DNA from: Candidatus Nomurabacteria bacterium RIFCSPHIGHO2_02_40_30
GTDB taxonomy: Bacteria > Patescibacteriota > Minisyncoccia > Phycocordibacterales > UBA9973
DNA length: 64,000 nt
Assembly: GCA_001785445.1 (NCBI GenBank)
Contig: MFTV01000016.1
Coordinates: forward strand, 6,259-70,258
Reading direction: 5' to 3'
The position numbers and the translations under genes are program-made. Below the pieces are notes generated by a model, which was not told the origin of the DNA, searched no databases, and saw only the letters and a list, made by a program, of their open reading frames with translations. Positions 1 through 9,404 of the stretch are shown here, in pieces (the first letter of the stretch is position 1; each line of letters begins with the position of its first letter).

Positions 1-541
1 TTATTTCTTCCACACCTTCAATATGGCTTGCGATGCGAGCAAGAGCGTAAAGCAAACTCGACAGACGATTCAAGTATTGTAAAGTTTCGGCACTCACTGT
101 GATTTTGCCTTCTTCTTTAGCAGCTATTACTCGCCTCTCGGCTCGTCTGGCTAAAGTTCTGGTGATATCAAAGACAGCTCCGTCTTTGGTCGCGCCGCTG
201 ATGAAAAAAGTTTTAATCGGTGGCAAAACTTTTTCAATTTCATCTACTATATATTCAACTTTTTTAATCTTGTCTTGTGTGATTGTTTTATCCGAGCCTG
301 CCACTTCGGCCTGCACAATAAACAAATTCTGCTGAACTTCGAGAATAATTTCGGCAAAATTCATTTTTTCTTTTTCGATGTCAAAACTTTTACCCTCCGT
401 CCTTGCTCGCGCTAGACCCAAAAAAGAATTGGTCTCATCCAGCGCACCAAGCGCTTCGGCTACGGCCGAGCTTTTAGAGATACGCTGGTTACAGCCAAAA
501 GTTTTAGTGGTGCCGTCATCTCCTTTCCTTGTGTAAAGCAT
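1..541 (-). CDS. ATP:cob(I)alamin adenosyltransferase, PduO type (C-terminal 1-2 residues and stop run off window edge)
   Basis: Reverse-strand translation from ATG at 539-541 reads MLYTRKGDDGTTKTFGCNQRI..., the characteristic PduO-type adenosyltransferase N-terminus. Not in ORF track because the stop lies outside the window. Confidence 0.75.
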   Translation of the reverse strand, partial: MLYTRKGDDGTTKTFGCNQRISKSSAVAEALGALDETNSFLGLARARTEGKSFDIEKEKMNFAEIILEVQQNLFIVQAEVAGSDKTITQDKIKKVEYIVDEIEKVLPPIKTFFISGATKDGAVFDITRTLARRAERRVIAAKEEGKITVSAETLQYLNRLSSLLYALARIASHIEGVEEI

Positions 542-566
542 AAATTATAAATTGATATTTATAAAT

Positions 567-2858
567 TTATATCTCACAAACACCAGACACACAAGCAAAT
601 TCTTTGGCACCGGTGGTATTGTCTGTCATTTCATATTGAGAGAGCTTAGAGAAATCAATTTTACCTATAGCTTTCGCACGTCTTTCATATTCTTCTTTAG
701 TGATAACTTCATAGGGGGCGAGCTGGTACACATGCTCGGAGCGTGGCAGAAAAGACATTCCTCCGACAAAATCCCAGTTTTCGTAAACAAAGTTCCCCAC
801 AGCCAGCCATTCATCCGGTCCCACGTAAATGGTTGCAGATGGATTGTGCTCCACAAAATGTTCTTTCAGCCTTTTCCATTCTTTCAATAAATCAAGCGCA
901 GTAACTTCGTCTTTGAATATTGCTCCTTCTGGCGCTTTGACCGGAAATTCTAAAACAAATGTGGTAGCAGAGTCGAGGGACTGGCCGACTTCCGGCACGC
1001 AAGGAATACCTTGGTCGCGAGCCATCTGCAGTAATGTGTCTGTGTGATTAATTCTAACTCTTCTCACAAAGTACGGAGCAAACCAAGGATGCATCCCAGA
1101 GCCGACAGCGAGGAGCTGACCGGAGTTGCCATGAGGTTTTACGCAAGTGATAGCGGTGGAAGCATTAATGCCGAAACGCTTGGCATATTTTTTATTTGTC
1201 TCAATAGAAGAAAGGCGCAGAGCATCGAGCACTTTGTCGTCTCTGATAACTGGATTATCGTAGTAACCGGTGAGCGATACCCCCAAGAGTCTTTCCGCCT
1301 CGCAATTCTCTTTCCATTTTTTTGAAAGGTAGCCGAAGTTTGTCAAAGTGGATTGGTATGTGCCAAGCAATGTCGCCAAGTCTATCTTTCTTTTAAGAGT
1401 TGCCACGGTATCCGAAGGGCGAATTACAATACTGGTAAGATTGCAAAATTGCTTAGAACGCAAATAAATTTCTCCGCAAGGATTTAATCCTACTTGTCTT
1501 TCGTCCTTGATAGCTTCCCACCTGCGAGCTGGTACTTGCTTCTCTAGTCCCCCACGATTGAAAATCCCGCGTTCGCCGGAGCGAGATTTTACTAATGCCG
1601 TCCATTCATTTAAAAATTCTTCGGCAGATGGCTTACTGTTATACACGGCTGAGTTGTTGGCCATAGAGCGCTGTCCTTCATTTAAGTAAAATTGCCCTTT
1701 CTTGGCATCTCGCATTTCTAAATCCTCAAGTTCGGACACGGAAATAAGAGCACTGCGTCTTACCCCGCCGGCTACCACAATCATGCCGATCTGGCAGATG
1801 ATGTCGTGCATATCCAAGTTGGAAAGGCGCCTGCCTTGTTTAGCTAAGATTTTTCTTTTAGCGAAATCCATCAAGTCCATCAGTGGCTGTGGTCCGGATG
1901 CTTTGCCACCGGCTGTCTCTAGGCGCGCTCCGGCTGGTCTGATATTAGAATAGTCAAATTTTATGTCTCTGCCATCAAACCAAGTTTTAAGTCCCAAAAC
2001 AAAAGCATCTGCCCAGCCTTCTTTGCTGTCGTGAACAATATGCATTATTGGTTTTTCTTTTACTTGTTTTTTAATTTGCGGAAACTGTTGGACATTTTCC
2101 CACTCCACGGCAAAGCCGAGCCCCGCGCCACACATGGAAACATACATAATTTCACCCAAATCTTGTGGACAAGTCGGAGCAATATACGAACAATTATAAG
2201 CCCAGACATTGGACTGGCGGCAAGCCTTGCCGGAAGACCATAAAAGCCGCATGGAAGGGCAAATATCTTGATTCAAGATAGCTTCTCTCACTTCGTCATA
2301 CTCTTTTTTAGAAAGCTTATCGCCCATATTCTCTTTCATATAGTCCATATATCGGTCGATAGTCTCTATCCAAGTTTCTCTGCGGCCCAGCTCCGGAATC
2401 CAGCGTGCGTAAAACTGATAAAAGATAAATTCTGAATAAGGACTGGCAAAATACTTACTGGATTCTTCCACGAGCGCTCTGGTCGCCTCTGGCACGGGTC
2501 CAAAAGCCGCGCGCAATTTTGAACGTTGGCTGCGATACAGAATATATTTTTTAGCCGTCTCGGTAAAACCTTTTTTCATCAATTCTTTCTCCACTAAATC
2601 CTGCGTCATTTCAACCGTCGGCAAAAATTTGGCTTTTTTATTTATATTCACCAGTTCAGTCCGCAAACCAAGCATTGTTTTAAAGACACTGTTAGCCACA
2701 ATGTTAGATTCTTCTTCTTTGCCTTCGCCTGTAACTTCAAAAGCTTTGAAAATAGCCCCAGCAATACGGCTTAAATCAAAAGCCACCACCTCGCCGGTTC
2801 TTCTTCTTATTGATTTTATTTTGGCTAAATCATTTTTTGAAATTTTTTCTTTTTTCAT
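567..2858 (-). CDS. nrdJ: Adenosylcobalamin-dependent (class II) ribonucleotide reductase with N-terminal ATP-cone
   Basis: 763 aa. ATP-cone-like N-terminus (IRRRTGEVVAFDLSRIAGAIFKAF), large RNR catalytic core, Cys-rich C-terminal tail (CVSGVCEI). Confidence 0.85.
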   Translation of the reverse strand: MKKEKISKNDLAKIKSIRRRTGEVVAFDLSRIAGAIFKAFEVTGEGKEEESNIVANSVFKTMLGLRTELVNINKKAKFLPTVEMTQDLVEKELMKKGFTETAKKYILYRSQRSKLRAAFGPVPEATRALVEESSKYFASPYSEFIFYQFYARWIPELGRRETWIETIDRYMDYMKENMGDKLSKKEYDEVREAILNQDICPSMRLLWSSGKACRQSNVWAYNCSYIAPTCPQDLGEIMYVSMCGAGLGFAVEWENVQQFPQIKKQVKEKPIMHIVHDSKEGWADAFVLGLKTWFDGRDIKFDYSNIRPAGARLETAGGKASGPQPLMDLMDFAKRKILAKQGRRLSNLDMHDIICQIGMIVVAGGVRRSALISVSELEDLEMRDAKKGQFYLNEGQRSMANNSAVYNSKPSAEEFLNEWTALVKSRSGERGIFNRGGLEKQVPARRWEAIKDERQVGLNPCGEIYLRSKQFCNLTSIVIRPSDTVATLKRKIDLATLLGTYQSTLTNFGYLSKKWKENCEAERLLGVSLTGYYDNPVIRDDKVLDALRLSSIETNKKYAKRFGINASTAITCVKPHGNSGQLLAVGSGMHPWFAPYFVRRVRINHTDTLLQMARDQGIPCVPEVGQSLDSATTFVLEFPVKAPEGAIFKDEVTALDLLKEWKRLKEHFVEHNPSATIYVGPDEWLAVGNFVYENWDFVGGMSFLPRSEHVYQLAPYEVITKEEYERRAKAIGKIDFSKLSQYEMTDNTTGAKEFACVSGVCEI

Positions 2859-2863
2859 AAAAT

Positions 2864-3409
2864 TTAAATTGTTTTAGGCTGAAGGGTTTTAATAAGGGGC
2901 ACGGTATATAATTTCTTTTTCTTAACCAGATAACTGTATATGACCGGAGAGAGAATAAACGCAAATGATACATTGCCAACTAGATGTAGAATGGTGAATG
3001 GAATTTGCCCAACAAGTGCAACCAAGATTGGTTGGTCAAAAAATAACGGACCGGTTAATAAGCCGGTAAAAGCGTCAAAAAATAACGTCCCTAAAATTGC
3101 AAAATAAACAAAATTCTTTCGGGACGGCTCGCGATTCTTAAAGTAATAGGCTGATGCATAGCCAACAACTCCATAAGAAGCTGAAGTGAGCATTGTCCAC
3201 TTGCCCAATGTTCCTGTCGCCAAGTCGTAGAGAATAATACTTAAAAAAGCGAAGAAAAATCCAACAGATGCGCCATACGCTTTGCCGAAAGGCATAACCG
3301 TAGACATTATTGGTTCGATATTCGGAGCGCGAAAAGGAAGAAGTCGAAAGAGGAGGCATCCAAATATGCCGAGAGTGAATTTCAGCCAATTTTTTTTGTA
3401 CGGAGTCAT
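2864..3409 (-). CDS. Small polytopic membrane protein, ECF-transporter S-component-like (possible vitamin/B12 uptake)
   Basis: About 6 predicted TM segments in about 180 aa. TATAAT lies about 9 nt upstream of the Met at 3409; the longer ORF to 3493 is probably an over-extension. The substrate assignment is only from neighbouring B12 genes. Confidence 0.4.
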   Translation of the reverse strand: MTPYKKNWLKFTLGIFGCLLFRLLPFRAPNIEPIMSTVMPFGKAYGASVGFFFAFLSIILYDLATGTLGKWTMLTSASYGVVGYASAYYFKNREPSRKNFVYFAILGTLFFDAFTGLLTGPLFFDQPILVALVGQIPFTILHLVGNVSFAFILSPVIYSYLVKKKKLYTVPLIKTLQPKTI

Positions 3410-3543
3410 AGCTAAGTTATTATACACGAGAAGAGTGCCCTTGTGTAAAGTGGATAACTCTAATTTTTTAGAGAAAATTACAAAACAAAACAAAGAAAAA
3501 TTCTTGTCAAAAAATATGGTCAGAAAGCTATGTATAAGTGGGT

Positions 3544-3617
3544 ATTTTTAGTGTCCGTCCTCTTGGATTCGAACCAAGGACCCCAGAGGTATAAGCTCTG
3601 TGCTCTAACCAACTGAG
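3544..3617 (-). tRNA. tRNA-Ile with anticodon UAU
   Basis: Cloverleaf read by hand: acceptor CCGTCCT/AGGACGG, D arm GCTC-AGTTGGTTA-GAGC, anticodon stem CAGAG/CTCTG with loop CTTATAC (34-36 = TAT), T arm CTTGG-TTCGAAT-CCAAG, discriminator A. Confidence 0.7.
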
Positions 3618-3638
3618 CTAAGGACGGAAGATTGACTA

Positions 3639-5549
3639 TTATACCTTTATATCATCTTTCTTCTTTAAAACAATACCATGAGCTGTCAATATTTTCTCAT
3701 ACTCTTCTTGTTCCAGAGTTTCCACTTCAATTAACTTTTGGGCTATGGCATTGAATGCTTTTTTATGTTCTTTCAGTACTTTTTCTGCAGTTTTTAAGCC
3801 GTCATTTATCATTCTGGAAACTTCCGCATCCACTTTCACTCCGACTGCTTCAGAATATTCTTTCTCCATAATCTCACCAAATTGTGTCCTGCCGAGAGCG
3901 GGAGCTAGGGCAATAGGGCCGATGGCATCCGACATCCCGAAACGGGTGACCATGGCGCGAGCTAGGTTTGTCGCCACCGATAAATCAGAGGACGGTCCGG
4001 TCGTAATATCTCCGAAGATCATTTGCTCGGCGACGTAGCCACCGAGAGACATGGCGATGTCATCTATGAATTCTTTTTTTGACTGCAATCTTTTTTCTTC
4101 AAGCGGTAATTTGAGAGTATACCCTCCGGCATTGCCGCGAGAGATGATGGAAACTTTGTGCACTGGGTCGGCATACGGCAATACTGAAGCGACAAGCGCA
4201 TGCCCTGCTTCGTGATACGCGGTAATTTCTTTTTCTTTTTTGGATAGCAAATGGCTTTTGCGCTCCGGACCTAACATAACTTTCTCAATAGCGCGAATTA
4301 AGTCAAACTGAAAAACTTTTTTTCTATTTTCTCGCGCCGCCAATATCGCCCCTTCGTTCATCAGTGAATACAAATCCGCACCGGAGAATCCGGGAGTGCG
4401 CTCGGCCACTAATTTCAAATTAATATCTTCCGCCAATGGCTTTTGGGCTGCGTGAATTAATAGTATCGCTTCGCGGTCAGCACGATCCGGCAGATCAAGA
4501 ATTACTTTTCTGTCAAAACGCCCAGGACGAATGAGAGCTGGGTCTAAAACATCCGGCCTATTGGTGGCCGCCATCACTATCACTTTGTCATTCGGCTCAA
4601 AGCCATCCATTTCCACCAAGATTTGATTTAAGGTCTGCTCACGCTCATCGTTGCCTCCGCCAAACCCACCTCCACGCGTACGTCCTATAGCATCTATTTC
4701 ATCCACGAAGATTATGGCTGGCGCAGCTTTTTTGGCCATTTTAAAAAGGTCTCGCACCCGAGAAGCCCCCACTCCTACAAACATTTCTACGAACTCACTT
4801 CCAGATAAATGGAAAAATGGCACGCCGGCCTCCCCTGCCACCGCCCTCGCCAGCAAAGTCTTGCCTGTCCCCGGAGCGCCGGTTAGTATCACGCCTTTGG
4901 GAATTCTAGCCCCAATGTCTAGAAATTTCTTCGGGCTTTTCAAAAAATCCACGATTTCTTTTAATTCCTCTTTGGCTTCCTTGCAGCCGGCCACATCTTT
5001 AAAAGTTACTTTATTGTTTTTATCATTCGGGTCGGTGATGCGAGCTTTAGACTGACCGAAGGAAAGCGCCTGCATGCCCGCGCCTTTCACTTGCCGAGAT
5101 ATATACCAAAAGAAAATTAATATAAAAAATATCGGCAATAAAAACGGCAAAATATTTAAAAGCCAGAACATGAACCCACTTTCATCTTTTATTTGTATTT
5201 CAGTTTTTGCGAGAGCCTCATTCGTTACTCCATAATTAAAAAGTGTCTGCGAAAATGCCAAGCCTACTTCTTTTTTCGCTGTCTTCACGTCATTGTTCTG
5301 GTAAGTAATAGAGAGCTTGTCGCCCTCAACTAAAATAGTTTTTACATCTCCTGCTCCCACACTTTTTGCTAAATCAGAAATTGCAACTTCCGGCATAACT
5401 TTGCCGTCGCCGGAAATCACTAAATAGGCTGCGGTAATAAGCATAAAGATAAGTACTGCTCCGGCAATACTACTCGGCAAATTCGCTCCTTGTTTCATCT
5501 TTTTGCCTTTATTTTGCAGGTCGTTTTTATTTAGAAAATTAAAATCCAT
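3639..5549 (-). CDS. ftsH: ATP-dependent zinc metalloprotease FtsH
   Basis: N-terminal TM region, Walker [16 protein letters not shown] zinc site, 636 aa. Confidence 0.95.
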   Translation of the reverse strand: MDFNFLNKNDLQNKGKKMKQGANLPSSIAGAVLIFMLITAAYLVISGDGKVMPEVAISDLAKSVGAGDVKTILVEGDKLSITYQNNDVKTAKKEVGLAFSQTLFNYGVTNEALAKTEIQIKDESGFMFWLLNILPFLLPIFFILIFFWYISRQVKGAGMQALSFGQSKARITDPNDKNNKVTFKDVAGCKEAKEELKEIVDFLKSPKKFLDIGARIPKGVILTGAPGTGKTLLARAVAGEAGVPFFHLSGSEFVEMFVGVGASRVRDLFKMAKKAAPAIIFVDEIDAIGRTRGGGFGGGNDEREQTLNQILVEMDGFEPNDKVIVMAATNRPDVLDPALIRPGRFDRKVILDLPDRADREAILLIHAAQKPLAEDINLKLVAERTPGFSGADLYSLMNEGAILAARENRKKVFQFDLIRAIEKVMLGPERKSHLLSKKEKEITAYHEAGHALVASVLPYADPVHKVSIISRGNAGGYTLKLPLEEKRLQSKKEFIDDIAMSLGGYVAEQMIFGDITTGPSSDLSVATNLARAMVTRFGMSDAIGPIALAPALGRTQFGEIMEKEYSEAVGVKVDAEVSRMINDGLKTAEKVLKEHKKAFNAIAQKLIEVETLEQEEYEKILTAHGIVLKKKDDIKV

Positions 5550-5597
5550 TGCTACACATTAGCATAAAACAAACTGAAAGAAAAGACTGAAAAATTT

Positions 5598-6059
5598 ATG
5601 GTAAGATTAAATATGGCTCATTATGCGGAAAATAGAAAAGCGAGATTTGATTATGAAATTCTAGAAAAATACGAATCGGGTATTGAGCTTTTGGGTTCGG
5701 AAGTAAAGAGTGTGCGAGGGGGGCAAATGTCGCTTGAGGGAGCTTTTGTCATTGTTCGTGGAGGCGAATGTTTTTTAATCAATGCCAATGTTCCAGCCTA
5801 TCAACCTAAAAATGCGCCAAAGGATTATGACCCTTTGCGAAATAGAAAACTTTTGCTAACCAAAAAAGAAATTGCCGAACTGGCAGGCAGTGAAAAAAAC
5901 AAGAGTTTGACAATTGTGCCTATTTCAGTGTATAATAAAGGTAGAAAAATCAAAGTAGAAATTGCTTTGGTTAAAGGAAAAAAGAAACGCGACAAGCGTG
6001 AGACTATAAAAAAACGTGAGACTGATAGAGAAATCAGAAGAGAAATAAAAGAACGTTGA
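5598..6059 (+). CDS. smpB: SsrA-binding protein SmpB (true start may be Met at 5613)
   Basis: AENRKARFDYEILEKYESGIELLGSEVKSVR matches the SmpB N-terminal signature. Lys/Arg-rich C-terminal tail. Confidence 0.9.
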   Translation: MVRLNMAHYAENRKARFDYEILEKYESGIELLGSEVKSVRGGQMSLEGAFVIVRGGECFLINANVPAYQPKNAPKDYDPLRNRKLLLTKKEIAELAGSEKNKSLTIVPISVYNKGRKIKVEIALVKGKKKRDKRETIKKRETDREIRREIKER

Positions 6060-6070
6060 AAAATAAATTT

Positions 6071-6458
6071 GGGGATGCAAGGCATAGACAGTTGGTCTAT
6101 TTGCATTGATGCATACCGAGCATGAACATAACCTCGTAAAAATTTGTTCAAATGTTAATTGCAAAATTAGCTACTAAAGTGAAAAACGCTGTTTCTCCAT
6201 ACTTCGGTATGAATGACTTCGCTTTCGCTTCGGTTTCCGCTTACGCGTAACCGATGTCTCTCTTATAGACTTCCGATATATGAGATGGGGCATAATATTA
6301 TCGGGATAGGAGAAAGACTTTCCTGACTTTTTTCCAAAACAAAAGGAATCGATTAAAAAATATTTGGCTCGTTTCTTAATTTTTTAATTTAAACAAAAAG
6401 CGCGCTACGTATGTAGACTTCACTGCAAACTCCCTCTGCACTGGGATTCAATTTCCCA
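6071..6458 (+). ncRNA. ssrA: tmRNA (ssrA)
   Basis: 5' GGGGATG pairs with 3' CATCTCC (one G-U). tRNA-like T arm TGGGA-TTCAATT-TCCCA sits immediately before the acceptor 3' strand. Internal TGCATACCGAG...CCTCGTAAAAA resembles the conserved PK1/resume-region sequence of E. coli tmRNA. An alanine-rich tag frame ends ...FAFASVSAYA then TAA near 6246. Directly downstream of smpB. Confidence 0.7.
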
Positions 6459-6606
6459 CATCTCCACTCGACTCATTCTGTCTATGACAGAATTCGCTCG
6501 TGGCAAGCCACAGCGGAAAATACCCTGAAGAATTTGAAGGGTGTTTTGAGGCGAGTGCCCTGAGCGACGAGTTGAACGAGGAGTCGAATGGGCATATAAT
6601 CCTATT

Positions 6607-6879
6607 ATGTATTTTTTATATATGATCAAAAATGACTTTGGGAAATTGTATGTTGGTATTACTGAAAATCTAAAGGAAAGACTTTATTATCATAATTCGA
6701 AAACAGGAGCACAATTCACAAAAGGTAAAGCAAAATTCAGGTTAGTTTTTTCTGAAGAATATAACACCTTAGCAGAAGCTAGAAAAAGAGAAATTCAAAT
6801 CAAAAGATGGCGTAGAGATAAAAAGGAAAAATTAATCGATTTTTATGGTCAAAATATATCTACAAAATTGCAATTATGA
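6607..6879 (+). CDS. GIY-YIG nuclease superfamily protein (UPF0213/YhbQ-like)
   Basis: GKLYVGITENLKERLYYHN is a GIY-YIG motif. 90 aa. Confidence 0.75.
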   Translation: MYFLYMIKNDFGKLYVGITENLKERLYYHNSKTGAQFTKGKAKFRLVFSEEYNTLAEARKREIQIKRWRRDKKEKLIDFYGQNISTKLQL

Positions 6880-6889
6880 TGTTTGACAA

Positions 6890-7399
6890 CTATTTTTGAC
6901 TCAAGTGCCAAGCTGTTTCAGTGCTTTTCTTTACCCCTTCACCAAGGTTCTCACCAAGTTTTAAAAATTCATCAATTATTTCAACTTTAGTTTGTTCTTC
7001 TTCAATTTTTTTGTTACCCCACATTAACTCTTTAAATTTAAAATGAGCAATTTTATTTCTAGAATCGTTTAGCTTTTTTAAAAAATTTATAAAGGGTTTC
7101 CATTGTGGCACATCGCTTCCATACAATTCAGTCATTTTCTCCATAATTTTTATTTTCCCCATAAAACTAATTTCCTCAAACACATATTCAAAAAATTCAT
7201 CACTCTTTGGCATACCTCCTAGTTTTGCCCAATTAGAAAGTTCTACCCACATAGCGGTAGTGGCTATTTGTTTTTCACATAAACAGGTAAGCCAAAAAAT
7301 AAAATTAACTGTTTCTATTTCTTTCTTAGTAATAGATAATTTATCTTCCACAGCACCCATTAGTCCTTTCAAATATTCGCTTTCTTTTTCAGTTTCCAT
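6890..7399 (-). CDS. Hypothetical protein with HEPN/Abi_2-like R-x4-H motif
   Basis: 169 aa. C-terminal LNDSRNKIAHFKF fits the Rx4-6H HEPN signature seen in Abi-type proteins. No other family signal. Confidence 0.35.
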   Translation of the reverse strand: METEKESEYLKGLMGAVEDKLSITKKEIETVNFIFWLTCLCEKQIATTAMWVELSNWAKLGGMPKSDEFFEYVFEEISFMGKIKIMEKMTELYGSDVPQWKPFINFLKKLNDSRNKIAHFKFKELMWGNKKIEEEQTKVEIIDEFLKLGENLGEGVKKSTETAWHLSQK

Positions 7400-7568
7400 G
7401 GAATTTATGTTAGCACATTAACCTACTATTTAATACTTTTATTGTGAGTAGCTTTTTGCAGGTTTTTATTGTTCTGATAGAAAAACCAAAACATAACTAG
7501 GCAACCTTTTAAGCGGTTCAGCAAATTTTCCCTCTTCTCCACAAAACAAAAATGCTATAATTAAATAT

Positions 7569-8264
7569 ATGGTAATACCAACAGAGTACGCTTACTTATT
7601 TGCCACTCTCCTATTTTTGGTTTTTTGGCTGGTGCTTTTTTATCACAGAAAAGATTTAAGAAAAGAAATGCTTTTCATGAGCATATGCATAGCGATAGCC
7701 GGACTTTTTGCCGAATATTTCTGGTGGACGACAGACTGGTAGCGGCCAATTACTATCACAGGGACAAAGATAGGCATTGAAGACTTTTTACTCGGATTTA
7801 CCAATGGAGGCATTGCCGCAGTTATCTTCGAAGAAATTTTTAAGGAGAGATTTTATAAAAGAAAAAATTTAGAGCGCCACTGGTCAGGAGTTTTTTTAAT
7901 TATCTTAAATTTTACTATCATGGCCGGCAGTTTTTGGTATTTACACTATACTTCTTTTTGGGCTACTACTTTTGGACTATTCATTACTGGGTCTTTGATT
8001 ATATTTTTTAGACACGACTTATGGATAGATGCAGTGATGAGCGGAGTTTTGGTAGCAGTATTATTTCTGCCATTCTATTGGATTTTAATTTTAATTTCTC
8101 CGGAAGGAACCATGGAGAAAATCTGGCTCTTTGAACACTTAACTGGAATAAAAATAACTGGTGTCCCACTCGAAGACATAGTCTTTTACTTTCTAGTTGG
8201 TTTCTCTGTGGGTCCTTTTTATGCCTACTGGCAAGGAGAAAGACTAAGGGCTTTTAAATCCTAG
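7569..8264 (+). pseudogene. Lycopene-cyclase-domain membrane protein interrupted by an in-frame TAG at 7740-7742
   Basis: A single reading frame runs 7569-8264 with one internal amber codon. Two repeats of the PxEE-type motif (IGIEDFLLGF and GVPLEDIVFYFLVGF) occur on either side of the stop. Extended -10 (TGCTATAAT) upstream. Confidence 0.5.
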
Positions 8265-8265
8265 T

Positions 8266-8294
8266 TTGACTTTATAGTCTAAATACGCTATATT
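8266..8294 (+). promoter_or_regulatory. sigma70-type promoter for infC operon
   Basis: TTGACT, 17-nt spacer, TATATT. Confidence 0.45.
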
Positions 8295-8314
8295 TCTCTA
8301 GTCAACTTAATCAC

Positions 8315-8821
8315 TTGCGTGAACGAATAAACAACCAAATACGTGCCAAAGAACTTCGGGTTTTGGACAGTGAAAACAAAAATCTCGGTATTTTAAGCAT
8401 AAGAGATGCCTTGGAATTAGCCCAAAGTAAGGGTCTAGATTTGATTGAAATTGCCCCAAATGCCAATCCCCCATTAGGTAAAATAATGGATTTCGGCAAA
8501 TATCAATACGAAGCGAACAAAAAACTGAAGAAATCCAAAGCCGGCGCAAAGCATACCGAGACCAAATCAATCCAGATAAAAATAGGCACCGGTGACCATG
8601 ACTTAGAGCTTAAAGCGAAAACAGCGTCCAAGTGGCTGAAAGAAGGCCACAGAATCAAAGTTGAACTTTTCCTTGCCGGACGCGCCAAGTATATGGATGA
8701 GAAATTCCTAAGGGAGCGATTAGACAGAGTACTGCATTTAATTACAGAAGAATATAAAGTTTCTGATAGCTATAAAAAGGGTCCGAAGGGCTTAACTACA
8801 ACCATAGAAAAAGCAAAATAA
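8315..8821 (+). CDS. infC: Translation initiation factor IF-3
   Basis: 168 aa, TTG start in ORF track. KELRVLDSENKNLGILSIRDALELAQSKGLDLIEIAPNANPP is typical of IF-3. Confidence 0.9.
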   Translation: MRERINNQIRAKELRVLDSENKNLGILSIRDALELAQSKGLDLIEIAPNANPPLGKIMDFGKYQYEANKKLKKSKAGAKHTETKSIQIKIGTGDHDLELKAKTASKWLKEGHRIKVELFLAGRAKYMDEKFLRERLDRVLHLITEEYKVSDSYKKGPKGLTTTIEKAK

Positions 8822-8835
8822 CAAAAAGCAAAATT

Positions 8836-9030
8836 ATGAAAGGAATGAAAACAAATAAATCATATAGCAAGAGGCTGAAGCTTACCAAAAACGGGAAGAT
8901 ACTTTCTCGCAAGCCCGGCTTTAACCACTTCAATGCCAAACAGTCTCGCACTAAACAGCTCGCCGGCCATAGGGGTCAAAGTTTTACTATCAAGAACAAG
9001 CCAAAATCACATTTATTACCATTTAGTTAA
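8836..9030 (+). CDS. rpmI: 50S ribosomal protein L35
   Basis: 64 aa, basic, MKGMKTNKSYSKRLKLTKNGKI...; canonical position between infC and rplT. Confidence 0.8.
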   Translation: MKGMKTNKSYSKRLKLTKNGKILSRKPGFNHFNAKQSRTKQLAGHRGQSFTIKNKPKSHLLPFS

Positions 9031-9038
9031 AACAAAAA

Positions 9039-9383
9039 ATGACACGAGTAAAAAAGGGAGTACATGCATTAAAAAGAAGGAGAAGTGTATTGAAGCAGAC
9101 TAAAGGCTTCCGCCATGGACGCTCTACTAAAGAGCGCCAAGCCAAAGACGCGCTTCTGCATGCCGGAGCTTATGCTTTCGCACATAGACGCGACAAGAAG
9201 TCGCATAACAGAAAGCTTTGGAATATCAAGATAAACGCTGGCAGCCGCGAGCTAGGCATGTCTTACTCACGATTCATCGATGCCCTTAAAAAGAAAAACA
9301 TATTGCTCGACCGTAAAATTCTGGCGGACTTTGCCGAGCATCACCCAAGAACTTTTGCAAAAGTCCTGGAAGCAGTTAAATAA
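9039..9383 (+). CDS. rplT: 50S ribosomal protein L20
   Basis: MTRVKKGVHALKRRRSVLKQTKGFRHGRS... is L20. Confidence 0.9.
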   Translation: MTRVKKGVHALKRRRSVLKQTKGFRHGRSTKERQAKDALLHAGAYAFAHRRDKKSHNRKLWNIKINAGSRELGMSYSRFIDALKKKNILLDRKILADFAEHHPRTFAKVLEAVK

Positions 9384-9404
9384 AGTTTGCTTCTTATTTT
9401 TATT

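Noticed and set aside
552-2877. Several plus-strand ORFs (552-890, 829-1047, 1044-1325, 1507-1689, 1702-1953, 2031-2243, 2629-2877) and the minus-strand 665-856 ORF
   Set aside because: All are embedded in or antisense to the well-supported nrdJ gene. Shadow ORFs.
3745-5055. Plus-strand ORFs 3745-4038 and 4651-5055 (the latter Pro-rich)
   Set aside because: Antisense to ftsH. The proline-rich translation is the complement of the Gly-rich ATPase motifs.
6420-6629. 69-aa minus-strand ORF
   Set aside because: Lies antisense across the 3' tRNA-like domain of the tmRNA. No coding signal.
7740-7742. Possibility that TAG is reassigned as a sense codon
   Set aside because: TAG terminates several confident genes in this window (PaaX-like, TrmB-like, rpmB). 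Pseudogene or sequencing error is more parsimonious.
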